The notes under the pieces were generated by a model. It searched no databases. It saw only the letters and a list, made by a program, of their open reading frames with translations, and was not told where the DNA came from. Shown here one piece after another: positions 1-11,700 of a stretch of 32,422 nt of DNA; the first letter of the stretch is position 1, and every line of letters starts with the position of its first letter. The DNA comes from Octopus bimaculoides. Lineage: Eukaryota. The stretch is from NCBI RefSeq assembly GCF_001194135.2, contig NC_068981.1:143813867-143846288 (forward strand), read 5' to 3'. A program made the position numbers and the translations under genes.

Positions 1-12
1 ATATATATCTAC

Positions 13-19
13 TCACATA

Positions 20-66
<47 letters not shown>
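13..66. repeat. Compound (CA)n/(TA)n microsatellite
   Basis: Directly visible CACACA run followed by TATATA. Confidence 0.9.
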
Positions 67-459
67 TATATAACATTATACTAATACTCAGTCGATGGTT
101 CGCTTCTATACTACTCACAGCTTTTGTCAAGTGCTCCATCATATAGCAAGATCGTTCAGAATATATTTGGTAAATAAATATTTCTATGTCTGCAACGCAA
201 CGGTAATGCCGATTGTCGTCGGTGGAGATAGTGACTCACCAGCTAGACAGATTCTCATTTATCGAGAATGTCACGGGGTCGGATATGTGACAGAGCAGAT
301 ATGTCTCTATTCCCGACTTGACAAAGAATTATTTCTATAGTGTTAAATCACTTACAAAAGTAACGTAACTCTTTCTTTTGATTAGCTACAAGTCCTCAGT
401 CGTGTGTGAGTTTTTCATATGAATCATACTTATGGCTTTTTTCAAAGCAATTATTTTCT

Positions 460-784
460 GTCTTTTCTTTTATCTTTGTCTTGTTTCAGTCATTAGACTA
501 CGACCATACTGGGGCAACGCCTTAAGGAATTTTTAGGCGAATGAATCGATCCCAGTACATTTTTTCTAAGCCGGTTACTTATTCTGTCGGTATCTTTTGC
601 GAAATTGCTGAGTTGCGGAAACGTAAACACAAGTCAAGCCGTGGTGGGGGACAAACAGACACAGTGACACACATAGATATATACATATACAACGGTCTTC
701 ATTCAGTTTTCCTTCTGCCAAATCCTCTCAAAAGTCTTTAGCCGGCTATAGAAACAACGTTCTTACCATACAGCCACATGCGCC
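460..784 (-). mobile_element. Decayed tRNA-derived SINE, family B, with internal deletion
   Basis: The reverse complement matches the family B copy at 14713-15054 (GGCGCATGTGGCTGTATGGTAAG head, TTTGGCAGAAGGAAAACTGAATGAAGACCGTTGTAT body). It also carries a 3' tail ...CCCCAGTATGGTCGTAGTCTAATGACTGAAACAAG. About 50 nt including the B box is missing near 748-755. Confidence 0.8.
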
Positions 785-872
785 GACACACAGCCACTCC
801 TTCGTGATTTAAGTGGATTAAAAGAGTATCAATCTTAAATCGAAATTGTTTTGTGGAATCCATATATTAGCC

Positions 873-1182
873 GTGGAGGCGCAATGGCCCAGTGGTTAGG
901 GCAGCGGGCTCACGGTCGGAGGATCGCGGTTTCGATTCCCAGACCGGGCGTTGTGTGTGTTTATTGAGCGAAAGCACCTAAAACTCCACGAGGCTCCGAC
1001 AGGAGTGGGGGCGACCCAATTGTACTCTTTCGCCCCAAGTTTCTCTGACTCTTTCTTCCTGTTTCTTAAGTAAGGCTGCTGTGGTCTGGCGTCCCATCCA
1101 TCTGGAAGGAACACATACGCCATAGAAACCGGGAAACCGGTCCCATGAGCCTGGCTAGGCTTTAACAGGGGCGCATAAATAA
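873..1182 (+). mobile_element. tRNA(Arg)-like SINE, family A head with an alternative 3' module
   Basis: A box TGGCCCAGTGG at 885-895 and B box GGTTTCGATTCCC at 928-940. Colinear with the 26619-26982 copy up to CTCTTTCTTCCTGTTTCT (about 1066), then a different tail. TSD ATATATTAGCC (862-872) / ATATATCAGCC (1183-1193). Confidence 0.9.
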
Positions 1183-1261
1183 ATATATCAGCCAACTAGG
1201 CTACTGTTCTATGCTAGACTGTTATATGCTACAGCCTTACACAATAACCTTATCTTCCACC

Positions 1262-1610
1262 NNNNNNNNNNNNNNNNNNNNNNNNNNNNNNNNNNNNNNN
1301 NNNNNNNNNNNNNNNNNNNNNNNNNNNNNNNNNNNNNNNNNNNNNNNNNNNNNNNNNNNNNNNNNNNNNNNNNNNNNNNNNNNNNNNNNNNNNNNNNNNN
1401 NNNNNNNNNNNNNNNNNNNNNNNNNNNNNNNNNNNNNNNNNNNNNNNNNNNNNNNNNNNNNNNNNNNNNNNNNNNNNNNNNNNNNNNNNNNNNNNNNNNN
1501 NNNNNNNNNNNNNNNNNNNNNNNNNNNNNNNNNNNNNNNNNNNNNNNNNNNNNNNNNNNNNNNNNNNNNNNNNNNNNNNNNNNNNNNNNNNNNNNNNNNN
1601 NNNNNNNNNN
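1262..1610. other. Assembly gap (first of seven: 1262-1610, 3771-4167, 10247-10706, 13631-13786, 15055-15653, 16147-16960, 20632-21595)
   Basis: Runs of N, 3,739 nt in total. Most gap edges sit in microsatellites or SINEs. Confidence 0.99.
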
Positions 1611-1836
1611 TCTCACTCTTACCTCCTGTTTCTGTTGTGCCTGTAATTCAAAGGGCCAGCCTTGTCACACTCTGTGTCACGCGGAATATCCCCGAGAACT
1701 GCGTTAAGGGTACACGTGTCTGTGGAGTGCTCAACCACTTGCACGTTAATTTCACGACCAGGCTGTTCCGTTGATCGGATCAACTAGAACCCTCGACATC
1801 GTAAGCGACGGAGTGCCAACAACAAAAACAACAAAC
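1611..1836 (+). mobile_element. Family A SINE, 3' half (head lost in gap)
   Basis: High identity to 26790-26982 (TTCAAAGGGCCAGCCTTGTCACAC...GACGGAGTGCCAACAA), ending in a CAA-type tail. Confidence 0.9.
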
Positions 1837-2370
1837 TTTATACTCTCACACAGAAAGCTATCCTATCATAAATATATTGAAAGATATATGTAACCAGATG
1901 TATATTGATTAATGAGGTATCAAAATATAAAGTTAGTATACGAGTTTAAAATGTACGATTAATACTGCAGCTGCTTTCAGATTCATTTCCAGAAAATATC
2001 TTTTTGCAGCAGAAATTTTTAGGTTTTTGTTTTGTAATTATTTTTATTACATGTCATTTTTGACACTTTATTCCCAGATAAAGTAGAAATGAAATTATGT
2101 AAGTTTTACTTTTGTAAGAGTATTCCAGCACAACTTAAGAAAAAAAATGAAAAGAAATGTTCTATAAGATTCATTAAATCCAACAAGAAAGAATAAGTTT
2201 TTCTACCTTGAGCAAAAGAGAACTCATAAAACTTTCCGGCAACTGAAAATGTTATGTATGTTTTGTTTTGTTTTTTTGTTTTTTTTGTGTGTATGTTATT
2301 TTTTTTTTCTCTCCTCTCCTCGAAATTTCACGAAATGTTCGCAGGCAGACATTTCACTAAATTAAACTGA

Positions 2371-2372
<2 letters not shown>

Positions 2373-2409
<37 letters not shown>

Positions 2410-2590
2410 CGACAACGACGATGGCGGTGGTGATGGTGATGGTAATGATGATCATGTGACGATGGTGACGAATATGATGACGATGTAACAATGATGATGA
2501 TAATGATGATGATGGTGATGATGATGATGAAGATGATGATTGTGATGATGATGGTGGTGGTGTGGTGGAGATGAAGATGTGGTGATGGTT

Positions 2591-2634
<44 letters not shown>

Positions 2635-2637
2635 AAT
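2373..2637. repeat. Degenerate (GAT)n/(GGT)n triplet microsatellite
   Basis: Pure GAT runs at both ends with a diverged GAC/GGT/AAT core. Confidence 0.9.
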
Positions 2638-3726
2638 TGGTAACGATTACGACTAGTTACCTCGAACTCCGGTACTTCAGTGCAATATTTAGTTTAATCT
2701 TAGAAAATATTCAAGTGATTTTGGTAAGAATATTTCTGCGCTACTATTGATAGCATTAAAATCAATGTTCCATGCTAACTAGTTGTAAAATCGCATTACA
2801 GAATCAGAATCAGTCGCAATTGAAATACTCCTAATTTAAGCCAATATTTATGAAAGAAAATTATTCCATAGGAACAATTACTTCAGGCTATTCACGATGT
2901 ATTTACATTGATAATTCTTAAGTAAAACAGAATAAAATATATGAAGCCATGTCTAGATCATTCACTGGCCACAGACAGTACTTTGGTAGAAGCTTAGCTC
3001 TTCAGACTGAAAATATAGGCTAAACCAACATTCATATTTTATTTTATTTTATACATATATAATTATTTTTCCTTCATTTTGTTTTAAGCGTTATAACTTG
3101 TTCTTCACGTGTTGTCTTTTCTTCTGTTCTTTTTGCTTTTGTTCATTCCATGTACAACATGTGTGTTTGTAGTCATATGTATATATAAAGAAACAGAAAG
3201 AGACAGTGGTGGGGGGGAGATCTAAATCTTGTTGTATTAGTGATGGGTGTAATTCTAAAACTAAATCCTTGAAATGGTAATTAAATCTTTTATATATTTA
3301 TCTAATATATGGCAATTTTGAGTGGTGCGGGATGGTGAGACTATTTATCGACAATGCTACATAAAATGATTTCAATTTTGTTTTTATGTGCACCTGGTAT
3401 TACTTCGCTGAAGCAGTTGTAAATATTACTAAATGGACTCGGAGGAGGAAACATGAACATGACGTTTATCATGTATATGACGTTGATTTTTGTATTGGTA
3501 GCCATATGTCAGTAAATTAAGTGCATACGTATGTCTGTGTTTCTCTTTTTGTATATATGTTTCGCATTTTATAATTCTAGTATTTTTCCCTCGTATTTCT
3601 CCTTTCTCGTGCGTCCTTTCAGACTTAGTTTATTTCCTTCTGGCAGCATTTTACATCTCAACATTTACCAGTCTAACTATTCATCTATTTGTCTGTGTGT
3701 ATTTTCTTTTCCCTGTCCCGCGTTCT

Positions 3727-3730
<4 letters not shown>

Positions 3731-3770
<40 letters not shown>

Positions 3771-4167
3771 NNNNNNNNNNNNNNNNNNNNNNNNNNNNNN
3801 NNNNNNNNNNNNNNNNNNNNNNNNNNNNNNNNNNNNNNNNNNNNNNNNNNNNNNNNNNNNNNNNNNNNNNNNNNNNNNNNNNNNNNNNNNNNNNNNNNNN
3901 NNNNNNNNNNNNNNNNNNNNNNNNNNNNNNNNNNNNNNNNNNNNNNNNNNNNNNNNNNNNNNNNNNNNNNNNNNNNNNNNNNNNNNNNNNNNNNNNNNNN
4001 NNNNNNNNNNNNNNNNNNNNNNNNNNNNNNNNNNNNNNNNNNNNNNNNNNNNNNNNNNNNNNNNNNNNNNNNNNNNNNNNNNNNNNNNNNNNNNNNNNNN
4101 NNNNNNNNNNNNNNNNNNNNNNNNNNNNNNNNNNNNNNNNNNNNNNNNNNNNNNNNNNNNNNNNNNN

Positions 4168-4219
<52 letters not shown>

Positions 4220-4227
4220 GGACAGAC

Positions 4228-4273
<46 letters not shown>
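3731..4273. repeat. (TA)n, then gap, then (AGAC)n(AGAT)n microsatellites
   Basis: Directly visible on both sides of gap 2. Confidence 0.9.
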
Positions 4274-4274
<1 letters not shown>

Positions 4275-4819
4275 CGTCAATGTGACACAGTTTATCTCTT
4301 CGCATTTTTTGTTTCTACTGCTATATTTTACTCTCTCAATTCCTTCTTCTTACATTTCTCCGGACCTCTCTCTCTTACAAACTTCCTCTCTCCATTTCTT
4401 TCTCTTTTTCTTTTTTCTATCTGCCAATTTATGTACATTCTTCTTCCAGTCTCCCTACACAAATCATGGCGACCTTATTAATCAAAACCCACTGCTTCTA
4501 CCAAGAAACCCTGCTTGTTGAAGTTAGGAAAATAGCTAACATTTGCTTTGTTGCCTTTCCTAATACAACGTCGACCACAACCCACCTTGGCTGTTAGTCT
4601 GATTACAACTAATAACAAGACTGTTGCACATGCGTGTCAACACAATTTGTCAGCCTCAAATCTCGTTCCCCGTGTAACATTTGCAACCTTTTCTTTTTTT
4701 TTCTTTTCTCTGTCTTTGTTTACTAAACGTTTATATTGTTCTTATTTGTATTTTTTTAAGAAATGATTCGTGACAGTCAAGTTTCTGATTTTAAATCATT
4801 ATCATCATTATTTTCTATT

Positions 4820-4853
<34 letters not shown>

Positions 4854-5030
4854 CACTACTACTACTACTACTACTACTATTACTACAACTACTATTACTA
4901 CTACTGAATATGTGTAATAAGAGAAAGGAAAGAAGAAAATATGGTAGAAAACATGTCGCCATCGTCGTAACATTATTGTTATTATTATTATTATTTTTAT
5001 TATTATTATTAGTAGTAGTAGTAGTAGCTG
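4820..5030. repeat. (CTA)n, (TTA)n and (GTA)n triplet microsatellites
   Basis: Directly visible. They explain the poly-L, poly-S and poly-V ORFs in the track. Confidence 0.9.
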
Positions 5031-5109
5031 AAAACGAAAAAGAAGAGGAGTACCAACAACAACAAGCAGCAACAGTACTGGTACTAAGTCATACTTTTTT
5101 AGCTTCGCT

Positions 5110-5367
5110 GTACATACACACACACACACATGACCGCAGCCACTTAGCTGAAACACATAAATAAATAAATATATATACACACACACACACACACATATTT
5201 ATATACATACAGGCCGACGTACATCTGTGCACATACACATGTATACAAACATATATGTATACGTTTGATACATGTATGTATGCATGCATGTATGTATCAG
5301 AATGATGTATAATTTCATTATCATTTATGCCTTTTCGTATATTTTATTTTTGTGTAATTCGTATAAA

Positions 5368-5400
<33 letters not shown>
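5110..5400. repeat. (CA)n/(TA)n/(TATG)n low complexity and (TTA)n at 5369-5400
   Basis: Directly visible. Confidence 0.85.
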
Positions 5401-5401
<1 letters not shown>

Positions 5402-5666
5402 GTATGCCAGTGTTGTGTATAGGATGCCTGAATCACTGTGCAAAGTGTAATCTTCATCACCCTCGCCATTTTGCCAAGGTAATCTTGTTCTTAGTTTACT
5501 GTTCTTTACTGTTGCTGCAATTCATTATTGCTTATTTATTGATGTGTATTTCTTGTTTTTCAATCTCGTCTTTTTTGATGTAAACCCCTCGCTGTGTCTT
5601 GTTTACTGTTTCCTTTTGTATGTCATTTTTGTACTATTCAAAACGTCTTCGGTCCTTGTGGCCAAT

Positions 5667-5742
5667 TATCGTCATCGTCGTCATCGTCATCATCATCATC
5701 ATCATCATCATCATCGTCATCGTCATCCTCGTCGTCGTCGTT

Positions 5743-5806
<64 letters not shown>

Positions 5807-5811
5807 CCACA

Positions 5812-5856
<45 letters not shown>

Positions 5857-5917
5857 GTTATGGTTATTATTATTTGATCATCATCATGGTCGTCGTCGTC
5901 GTCGTCATCATCATCAT
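5667..5917. repeat. Compound (ATC/GTC)n-(ATT)n-(GTC/ATC)n microsatellite
   Basis: Directly visible in-phase triplet switching. It explains the poly-H, poly-S and poly-I ORFs. Confidence 0.9.
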
Positions 5918-6539
5918 AGTAATATTTTTTTTTTTTTTACTTTTCATCACTTTTCTGTGAGAAATCTTGATTGCTCATTCATGGCTGCTTATCAGTCGAG
6001 GAAAACGATGTTTTGCTAATTCCAGTCAGTATTTACACGTTTGTATAAATTTTTGCCAACGAAGCTCTAACTGTTTTACAAGTTTACATGATTTGTTTGA
6101 TTGTTTTTGTAAACATGGTTGAGCAAATGTTTTGTGGGGGGGGGGTGGAATGAGATCGAGAGAAGTGGATACAGAGAATCAAACAAAACGGATAGAGTGA
6201 CAAATAGATAAATGTGCATAAGGACATACATATTACAGGAATTACGAACAACGGAATGAATGAATGAACGAACCAACGAAAAGCTAGATTATTAGACGAG
6301 TAAGCGAATTAACGAATGGACAAATGAATAACATATTCTTTTTCGGAATAAAAAAAAAATTATAAATACCGCTGATTTTCCTTGCAGATAAGAACGACTA
6401 TTACGATGACTCAGAAGCGAAATCTTTCCGATTACCAAACTCTTTGGCTGAGGACTTTTTTGCATTCTGAAATCACTTGTCCCGTTGTATTTCATCATTA
6501 AGCTGAGCTGCAACTCTCCAGACAAGCGAGCTGCTACGT

Positions 6540-6730
6540 GGTAATTCGATCTGCCAGAAATAGCAGTCTCAAATATTAAGGAGAAAAAAATGTATGTATA
6601 ATAGATTAGATACTGTAGTTATAGACATACTATTAAAAAATAAACGCCAGAAAGTTTGTGGCTCGAACGTCTTTGATCATATGTCTACTCGATCAGAGCT
6701 GACGACCTTGAGTTAAACAACAAGAACAAG
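6540..6730 (+). mobile_element. Decayed interspersed repeat, family D (probable SINE 3' part)
   Basis: GATCTGCCAGAAATAGCAG resembles 10074-10096. TTTGATCATATGTCTACTCGATCAG...TAAACAACAAG resembles the reverse complement of 7355-7410. It resembles a common octopus repeat as I recall it (not verified). Confidence 0.45.
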
Positions 6731-7164
6731 AGCCTCTAGTTTCTTAAACAATTCTTAGAAGATTTATCAATTATCTGACGAATGAAGCGTAAACCATTGT
6801 TAAGCAATGTTTCTTAAGAATCTTTGTGATACATGAAAAGATTAACAAACTGCGGAGATTTGACATTTTTTGTTTTTCACTCCTTTTATTTTGCTTTCTG
6901 TCCAATCAAGTAAACGATGACCTATCGACTTTCCACTGATATCATAAAACCGTGTAAGTTTTTCACAGATGTATTAAAAGGTTTTTCTTAACGAATTCGG
7001 TGACTGAAAATGATTTACCAAGTTACTTAGACACTTAGCTGAAAGGTTAGGCAATAAAACTATTTGTTTCTTCATTTATTTCGAAGTTGGTTATTCTTAG
7101 ACACGTAAAAAAAAAACCTGGGGAAAATGTTGGGGATGAGCGTCGTGAGTCAGCTATATATTCC

Positions 7165-7235
<71 letters not shown>

Positions 7236-7262
7236 GGTGGTGGTGGTGGTGGTCGTGGTGGT
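7165..7262. repeat. (GTA)n(GTG)n compound microsatellite
   Basis: Directly visible. Confidence 0.9.
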
Positions 7263-7354
7263 TTGTTTTTCTTGTTCTTGGTCTTTTTCTTATAGTCGAT
7301 GTTATTGCGTTTCTTCTTCTCCCCCCTTCCCCTCCTCTTTCTCTTCTATTTCTT

Positions 7355-7480
7355 TTTTCTTTTTCTTTAGCCTTAAGTCAACACTGATCAAACAGACCTG
7401 TGGGCAAAAGGACTACAGCTTGGTCCTTTCAATATTTTCCAGACAGTGTGAGTGATGCTACATCAACCAATGTGTCCTGT
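7355..7480 (-). mobile_element. Decayed family D repeat, 3' end
   Basis: The reverse complement GGACACATTGG...CCTTTTGCCCACAGGTCTGTTTGATCAGTGTTGACTTAAGGCTAAAG is similar to 6670-6725. A further short relic lies at about 20565-20603. Confidence 0.4.
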
Positions 7481-7616
7481 TTTATTTTCCCTAAAATGAA
7501 GATTTAGCTTCTATTATTATCAACTCAAACCCCAACAAAGTAGATATACACTAGCTGTATCTAGTACCTGTCAATTATTTGTTACAGCATTTTGATTTCA
7601 GTTATAGCTACAGATA

Positions 7617-8493
7617 CGAGGTGGTAGCAACAGTTTCACGGACGAGTTATGTTTAACCAAAAATAACTTATTGAGCTAAGTTTCAACACAATCTCCTTCG
7701 AAATAGTCACCTTGCGCAGCAATACAGTGGTCCCAGCATTCCTACCACTTTTGGAATCCGGCTTAGAAATAACTTTCCGTAAGCGAGTCGAAGACTTTCA
7801 GCGATTCGCGCTAGATCTCGACAACGGTGTTAAAATGGTAACCTTTGAGCTGCATTTTCATCTTGGGGAAGAGATGGAAGTCCGCAGGTGATAAATCTGA
7901 TGAACAGAGCAGGTGCAGAAGCGACATCATGTTGTTTTTGGTGAGAAACTCACGAGTGAGGAGAGCTCGGTGACAAGGTACATTGTCGTCATAAAGAACC
8001 CAATACTTTACGCTCCACATTCACCGAAAGTCCTCCCTCAAACGCTTCAAAACTGTCGCAATAGAACTTTCAATTGACGATCTGGCCCTCTCCAGGGCGA
8101 GAATTCTCGATGCACAATACTACATTTCTGTAGGTGACGCTCGAGGCTCATCATTTTCCGTGGAGGTTCTTCCGCTTTTCAAGTGCCTGTGCCCCTCGAA
8201 ACGTTGCATACGACCCATTGCCTCGTAGCCGTAAGCTTGCCAAAGTATGCTCGATGTCTTTGTAGCAGACTTCTCAAGTTTAATGCAAAGTTTAACGTTG
8301 ACAAAATCGCAGACTACAGCATACACCTGATCACAAAAACATAAATTTTACAACTTCTGAAGTAAACATAGCTTTGTCATTCGTACACTACCTCATGAAG
8401 ATCACTGCTAGCTCTCACTGCGCATACAACCGTATGCTGCCATCTGTTTGTGCGCTAGAGAAACTAGTCTGGGAACTTTTTGATATCGCCTTG
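7617..8493 (-). mobile_element. Internally deleted, inactive mariner (DD34D-type Tc1/mariner) transposon
   Basis: Transposase remnants: N-terminal HTH (VKLCIKLEKSATKT...AYGYEAMGR...LKSGRTS, 8130-8310) and C-terminal half (IVHREF, WVLYDDNVPCH, SSDLSPADFHLFPKMK, QGDYFEG, 7690-8115). Terminal inverted repeats match at 22/32 positions counting the flanking TA. TA dinucleotides are present at 7615-7616 and 8494-8495. Confidence 0.92.
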
Positions 8494-9080
8494 TACATGT
8501 TTTAATGTGACTGGTAGTGGGAAAATAGACGGTGACGATAAAGGCAGGACTTATCTTCCCTCTTGTTCTGCAATACGTCAAGAACAAAAGTACTCGACGG
8601 TCAAGGACTATGAAGCCTATAGTAAATAAGATACGATACACAGTATCGCTCCAATACTCATCAACATTACTGAAGATGTGAAGAGCATTTCGATAGCTTG
8701 CAGCACTTTGTTCGGTCCTTTCTGTAATCTAACACTGAAGCTAGAAGTGACAATACTGCCTTTTACATTCAATTATATAACCAAAACCGCCAAAGTGGAT
8801 TCTAATGAAATCCATTGTTTTCGTTGTGGACTGATGAGATTTAAGATTTTGTCAAATGCATTAATTATAAAACTGATGGCAGTGAATTCTTCATCTTTTT
8901 CGGCGCTGAGCATTCATTTATTCGATCGACTGAATTCCTACTCTTAGAAGTAATGTTTAAGTGGCTGAATATTCTAAAGACACGAGTACTCTTACACAAT
9001 TCTAAGTCCGAATCATATTGTGACAAAAATAGATGCTTGAACTACAGATAAAATACAGAGAGGCACAAGTCGATATCAAA

Positions 9081-9150
9081 GAATCAACACCACTTTATTG
9101 ACCCTGAAAAGTTAAAATGCAAACGTGCCCTTGGCAGAATTTGAAGCCAG
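9081..9150 (-). mobile_element. Short decayed family C SINE fragment
   Basis: The reverse complement TTCAAATTCTGCCAAGGGCACGTTTGCATTTTAACTTTTCAGGGTCAATAAAGT resembles the family C core TTCAAATTCCGCCAAGGTCGACTTTGCCTTTCATCCTTTCAGGGTCGA. Confidence 0.5.
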
Positions 9151-10208
9151 CGTGCTGAAAGCAAGAACGAGTACAAGTGATGCTATCTGACACTTTGATG
9201 TTTCCTGAAATTCAATGCTATTTACATAGCTATCCCCACGGATAACATTCTATTCTCTTTATATTTCAATACATGTGATTTGGCTCTCTGTTCTCTTAGC
9301 CATCTTGAACTATACTTAAAAATAGTCACTTTAAACGAGGGAAGATTTCCCAGTGTTCTAGTTAAGGGTGCAAAGATTTTAACACCTTCAATCAGCTGGG
9401 AAAATGACGCAGTTATTATTTGAAATTTGGAAGCTTGATCTTGTGTCTGTGGAAGAAAGTATTTAAGAGAAGGTTCCTGCACAATAAAAGCTACGTACTC
9501 AGTAAAGAGTGTGAAAATCTTGATTTATAAGTGAAGTCATTTCAGTTCAATTATATTCATTATCTCCCTTGAATTTGTGGCCTTATGTTAGAATTCTGTG
9601 GAATGTTAACTAGATGGAAGTCATAATTCGCATGGTTGATCGGAGACAGAGAAATAAAAGGATACCGGACGGTTTGTGTCCTAACACTAGTTCTAAGATA
9701 TGTCTTTTGAAATGAAGCTCTATTAAAAATTTTATCAGGATGGCTAGTAATCAAATTTATATCGTGTCAGAGTAACGTGAAACAGTACGTTTTCTATCCT
9801 GTACACAATACCGTGCTCTTCTTGTACGGTAAAAATCATTGAACTCAAAAGTTCCAGGCTACTAAACTGGATATAAATTACCGTTGCAATTGTTGATATA
9901 CACTTCGATGATTTGCAGCACAAAGGTCAAACCTTCAGCATGAATTACTTAGAAATGCATAGGGAAGAATGAAAACGCTCTCGATACACAATATAGAGAG
10001 AGTCCAGTGTGGTACCCCTACCATCTAGATTAGCCTAATACGATCTATAGTGAACACATCCACTTGATTGTTTGCTCTGCTAGAAATAGTTGCCAATTTT
10101 CCCTTAGATTACACTCTGCCACTTTAAGGTGGGATAGCTACTGCTGAAACGCTTCCGATCAGAAGTGTTCAAAATCGCTGCTTCGCTGGGAAAATGCAAC
10201 AACAATCG

Positions 10209-10210
<2 letters not shown>

Positions 10211-10246
<36 letters not shown>
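10211..10246. repeat. (CT)n(AT)n microsatellite at gap edge
   Basis: Directly visible. Confidence 0.9.
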
Positions 10247-10706
10247 NNNNNNNNNNNNNNNNNNNNNNNNNNNNNNNNNNNNNNNNNNNNNNNNNNNNNN
10301 NNNNNNNNNNNNNNNNNNNNNNNNNNNNNNNNNNNNNNNNNNNNNNNNNNNNNNNNNNNNNNNNNNNNNNNNNNNNNNNNNNNNNNNNNNNNNNNNNNNN
10401 NNNNNNNNNNNNNNNNNNNNNNNNNNNNNNNNNNNNNNNNNNNNNNNNNNNNNNNNNNNNNNNNNNNNNNNNNNNNNNNNNNNNNNNNNNNNNNNNNNNN
10501 NNNNNNNNNNNNNNNNNNNNNNNNNNNNNNNNNNNNNNNNNNNNNNNNNNNNNNNNNNNNNNNNNNNNNNNNNNNNNNNNNNNNNNNNNNNNNNNNNNNN
10601 NNNNNNNNNNNNNNNNNNNNNNNNNNNNNNNNNNNNNNNNNNNNNNNNNNNNNNNNNNNNNNNNNNNNNNNNNNNNNNNNNNNNNNNNNNNNNNNNNNNN
10701 NNNNNN

Positions 10707-11700
10707 AATATGCTTGCAATTCCAAGTAATACCGATTTTTCTAAAAAAAAAAAATTTTTTTTTTTTTAAACTAGTCTAGTTTGTAGGGTATTTCTAAAGT
10801 TTCCAGATGTTTCTTCGGGTTGGCTGGTTTTGAAGCCAATGCTCTGTTGACAACAGGGACAACCTTTATGTTTGACTCCCATAGCTACCACATCTTTTCT
10901 CAATTCCCAGATCTCAATTCCCAGGTTTTCATATTTATCAATCTATTCTCTTTCTTTCATGATAATATGTTGATCTCCTGGCACTACCACGTCAATTATT
11001 AAGCATTCTTCTTTGTCCCTCCTAAAGGTTACTATATCCGACCTTCGGTGTTCTAAAACTTTACTGTCTGGAAGTCAAAGTCCCAGAGGATTCTTGCCTT
11101 ACCTTTTTCGTTCATTATTTTTTCCGCTGTATGATGGTACCAAAGACCCGTTACCTCGTACCCATGCTTTCGGCATAGTAGCCAGTGAATGTTTTGGGCT
11201 ACCTTTTTGTGTCTGCACTCCTACTCTTTTTGCGCAAGACTTCCACAAGCACTAACAATGTGCGTCATGCTTTCGACCCTCTTCCCACACATTCTGCTGG
11301 GGTTCATTGCACTTGTGTTATATATCTCTTTTCCTTGAGTTGGTATACAATGCCTGATCCTGGGCAGAGATGATTAGGCTTTCACTCTTGATTTTTTAGA
11401 TCACCCTTGCTGAGCCACCTCCACAATACTTCCTGGTATTATAAATTGTTAATTTAACGGTGGAATTGACCATGTAAATTCATGCAGTTTCTTCTCTCTG
11501 GTTGGCTATTCATAATCGGAATTCATTTGCACGCTCAAGCCCAATTTTGGTAAATCCTTCTTCATTAGCAGCATACTGTAGTAGGTAATGTTTGCTATTT
11601 ACCAAATACTCTACCATGTTTCTTCTTTCACTGTTGATGCACTCCCGTACGCTAATCAGCCCACGTCCACTTTTACACCTCTCAAGTAGAGCCTGTATAC
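10707..11700 (-). mobile_element. 5'-truncated, decayed R4/Dong-clade LINE (post-RT linker, CCHC knuckle, restriction-like endonuclease); 3' end lost in gap
   Basis: Multi-frame translation: RLYL..KSGRGLISVRECINSE, WRWLSKGDLK, SESLIISAQDQAL, RMCGKRVESMTHIVSAC, RHKKVAQNIHWLLCRK, KARILWDFDFQT, HRRSDIV, CLIIDVVVPGD, IDKYENL, KVVPVV, EKSVLLGIASI. Several stops and frameshifts. Confidence 0.9.

Noticed and set aside
95-340. 81-aa plus-strand ORF in unique sequence
   Set aside because: No recognisable motif. Alternative exon models on either strand hit stops or have weak splice sites.
875-945. tRNA-like cloverleaf heads (also at 14713, 24050, 26621)
   Set aside because: They continue into SINE bodies with tails and TSDs, so they are SINE heads and not tRNA genes.
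2704-2723. Possible 20-nt exon (TAG|...TTTTG|GTAAGA)
   Set aside because: Weak acceptor, not frame-preserving, and expected by chance.
3365-3520. Short frame with hydrophobic then basic residues (FVFMCTWYYFAEAVVNITKWTRRRK)
   Set aside because: About 50 codons, no usable upstream acceptor and no family match.
4282-4600. Long pyrimidine tract with strong acceptor at 4449 and ATG in good context
   Set aside because: Only a weak donor follows and the peptides are unrecognisable. CT-rich low complexity mimics acceptors.
5641-5675. Minus-strand GGCC-ACAA-GGACC-GAAGAC resembling a hammerhead stem II and GAAAC next to a GAT repeat
   Set aside because: Needs two insertions and lacks CUGANGA. Too speculative.
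4763-6019. Poly-L, poly-S, poly-H and poly-I ORFs
   Set aside because: Translations of triplet microsatellites.
9222-9482. 86-aa minus ORF and overlapping plus-strand exon-like frame after the acceptor at 9299
   Set aside because: No recognisable domain and no convincing donor on either strand.
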